A DNA stretch of 8,960 nt from an uncultured archaeon (GTDB lineage Archaea; Iainarchaeota; Iainarchaeia; Iainarchaeales; 0-14-0-20-30-16). The translations under genes were made by a program, and so were the position numbers. The stretch is from the NCBI GenBank assembly GCA_964565725.1, contig CAZMGA010000015.1:6529-15488 (forward strand), in the 5' to 3' direction. Shown one piece after another: positions 8,546 through 8,960 of the stretch. Below the pieces are notes generated by a model. It saw nothing but the letters and a program-made list of their open reading frames with translations. It made no database searches and was not told where the DNA came from. How positions within the stretch are numbered: position 1 is the first letter of the stretch; every line of letters starts with the position of its first letter.

Positions 8546-8960
8546 TAGATCATTTTAGCCATTTGGTGGATGACTCGGCTCAGATAAAGATGAAGGGCGT
8601 GACAAGCTGCGATAAGCTTAGGCGAGGAGCAAGTATCCTTAGAACCTAAGATTCCTGAATAATTCTGAGAAGAAGTTTTACCCCGCGAACTGAAGCATCT
8701 TAGTAGTGGGTGGAAAAGAAAGCAATTGCGATGCCTTTAGTATGGGCGACTGAACGAGGCAGAGAACAAACCGAATCTCTTATAGTAATATAAGCGACAT
8801 GTGGTGTATCTACTGATTTATACCTTGATTTCTTAAAAAGAATACTATTGGAAAATAGAACCATAGAGGGTGATAGTCCTGTAAATGCAAGAATAGAGGT
8901 AATTTTTCAAGTTAGTGAGTATTGCGCTTTGATATTGGCGTAAGAACATTGGGGCCAGTA
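8546..8960 (+). rRNA. rrl: 23S ribosomal RNA, 5' portion (runs off the window)
   Basis: ccatttggtggatgactcggctc, aagctgcgataagctt, and gaactgaagcatcttagtagtgggtggaaaagaaagcaattgcgat match the conserved archaeal 23S 5' domain. The 5' boundary is approximate. Confidence 0.95.

Overview
AT-rich archaeal chromosomal window. The 16S signatures and divergence suggest a DPANN-like or other fast-evolving archaeon (inference). The left part is a minus-strand informational cluster: L21e -> RNAP subunit F -> RIO1 kinase -> Dim2/Pno1-type KH protein. It is followed by a plus-strand tRNA-Thr(UGU) and a minus-strand hypothetical ORF. The centre holds a plus-strand cell-surface gene trio: a 5-TM LtaS/sulfatase-like phosphotransferase, a membrane processive GT2 glycosyltransferase, and a membrane-anchored thioredoxin-fold protein with a CVEC motif. 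The right part is a linked rRNA operon: leader, complete 16S, tRNA-Ala(UGC), and the partial 23S 5' end. No CRISPR, mobile element or recognisable defence system was found. The most noteworthy signals are in the rRNA operon. (1) The near-universal decoding-centre pair 16S G1405-C1496 reads as A-U, which looks like a compensated change. (2) A multi-segment complementarity encloses the 16S, and its outer segment pairs with the acceptor strand of tRNA-Ala. (3) Inverted repeats lie in the rRNA promoter/leader, and a cUUCGg hairpin lies 3 nt after the 16S 3' end. (4) Several standard archaeal/universal 16S primer sites carry mismatches. Two plus-strand ORF starts in the supplied track (2799, 5740) probably belong slightly downstream.
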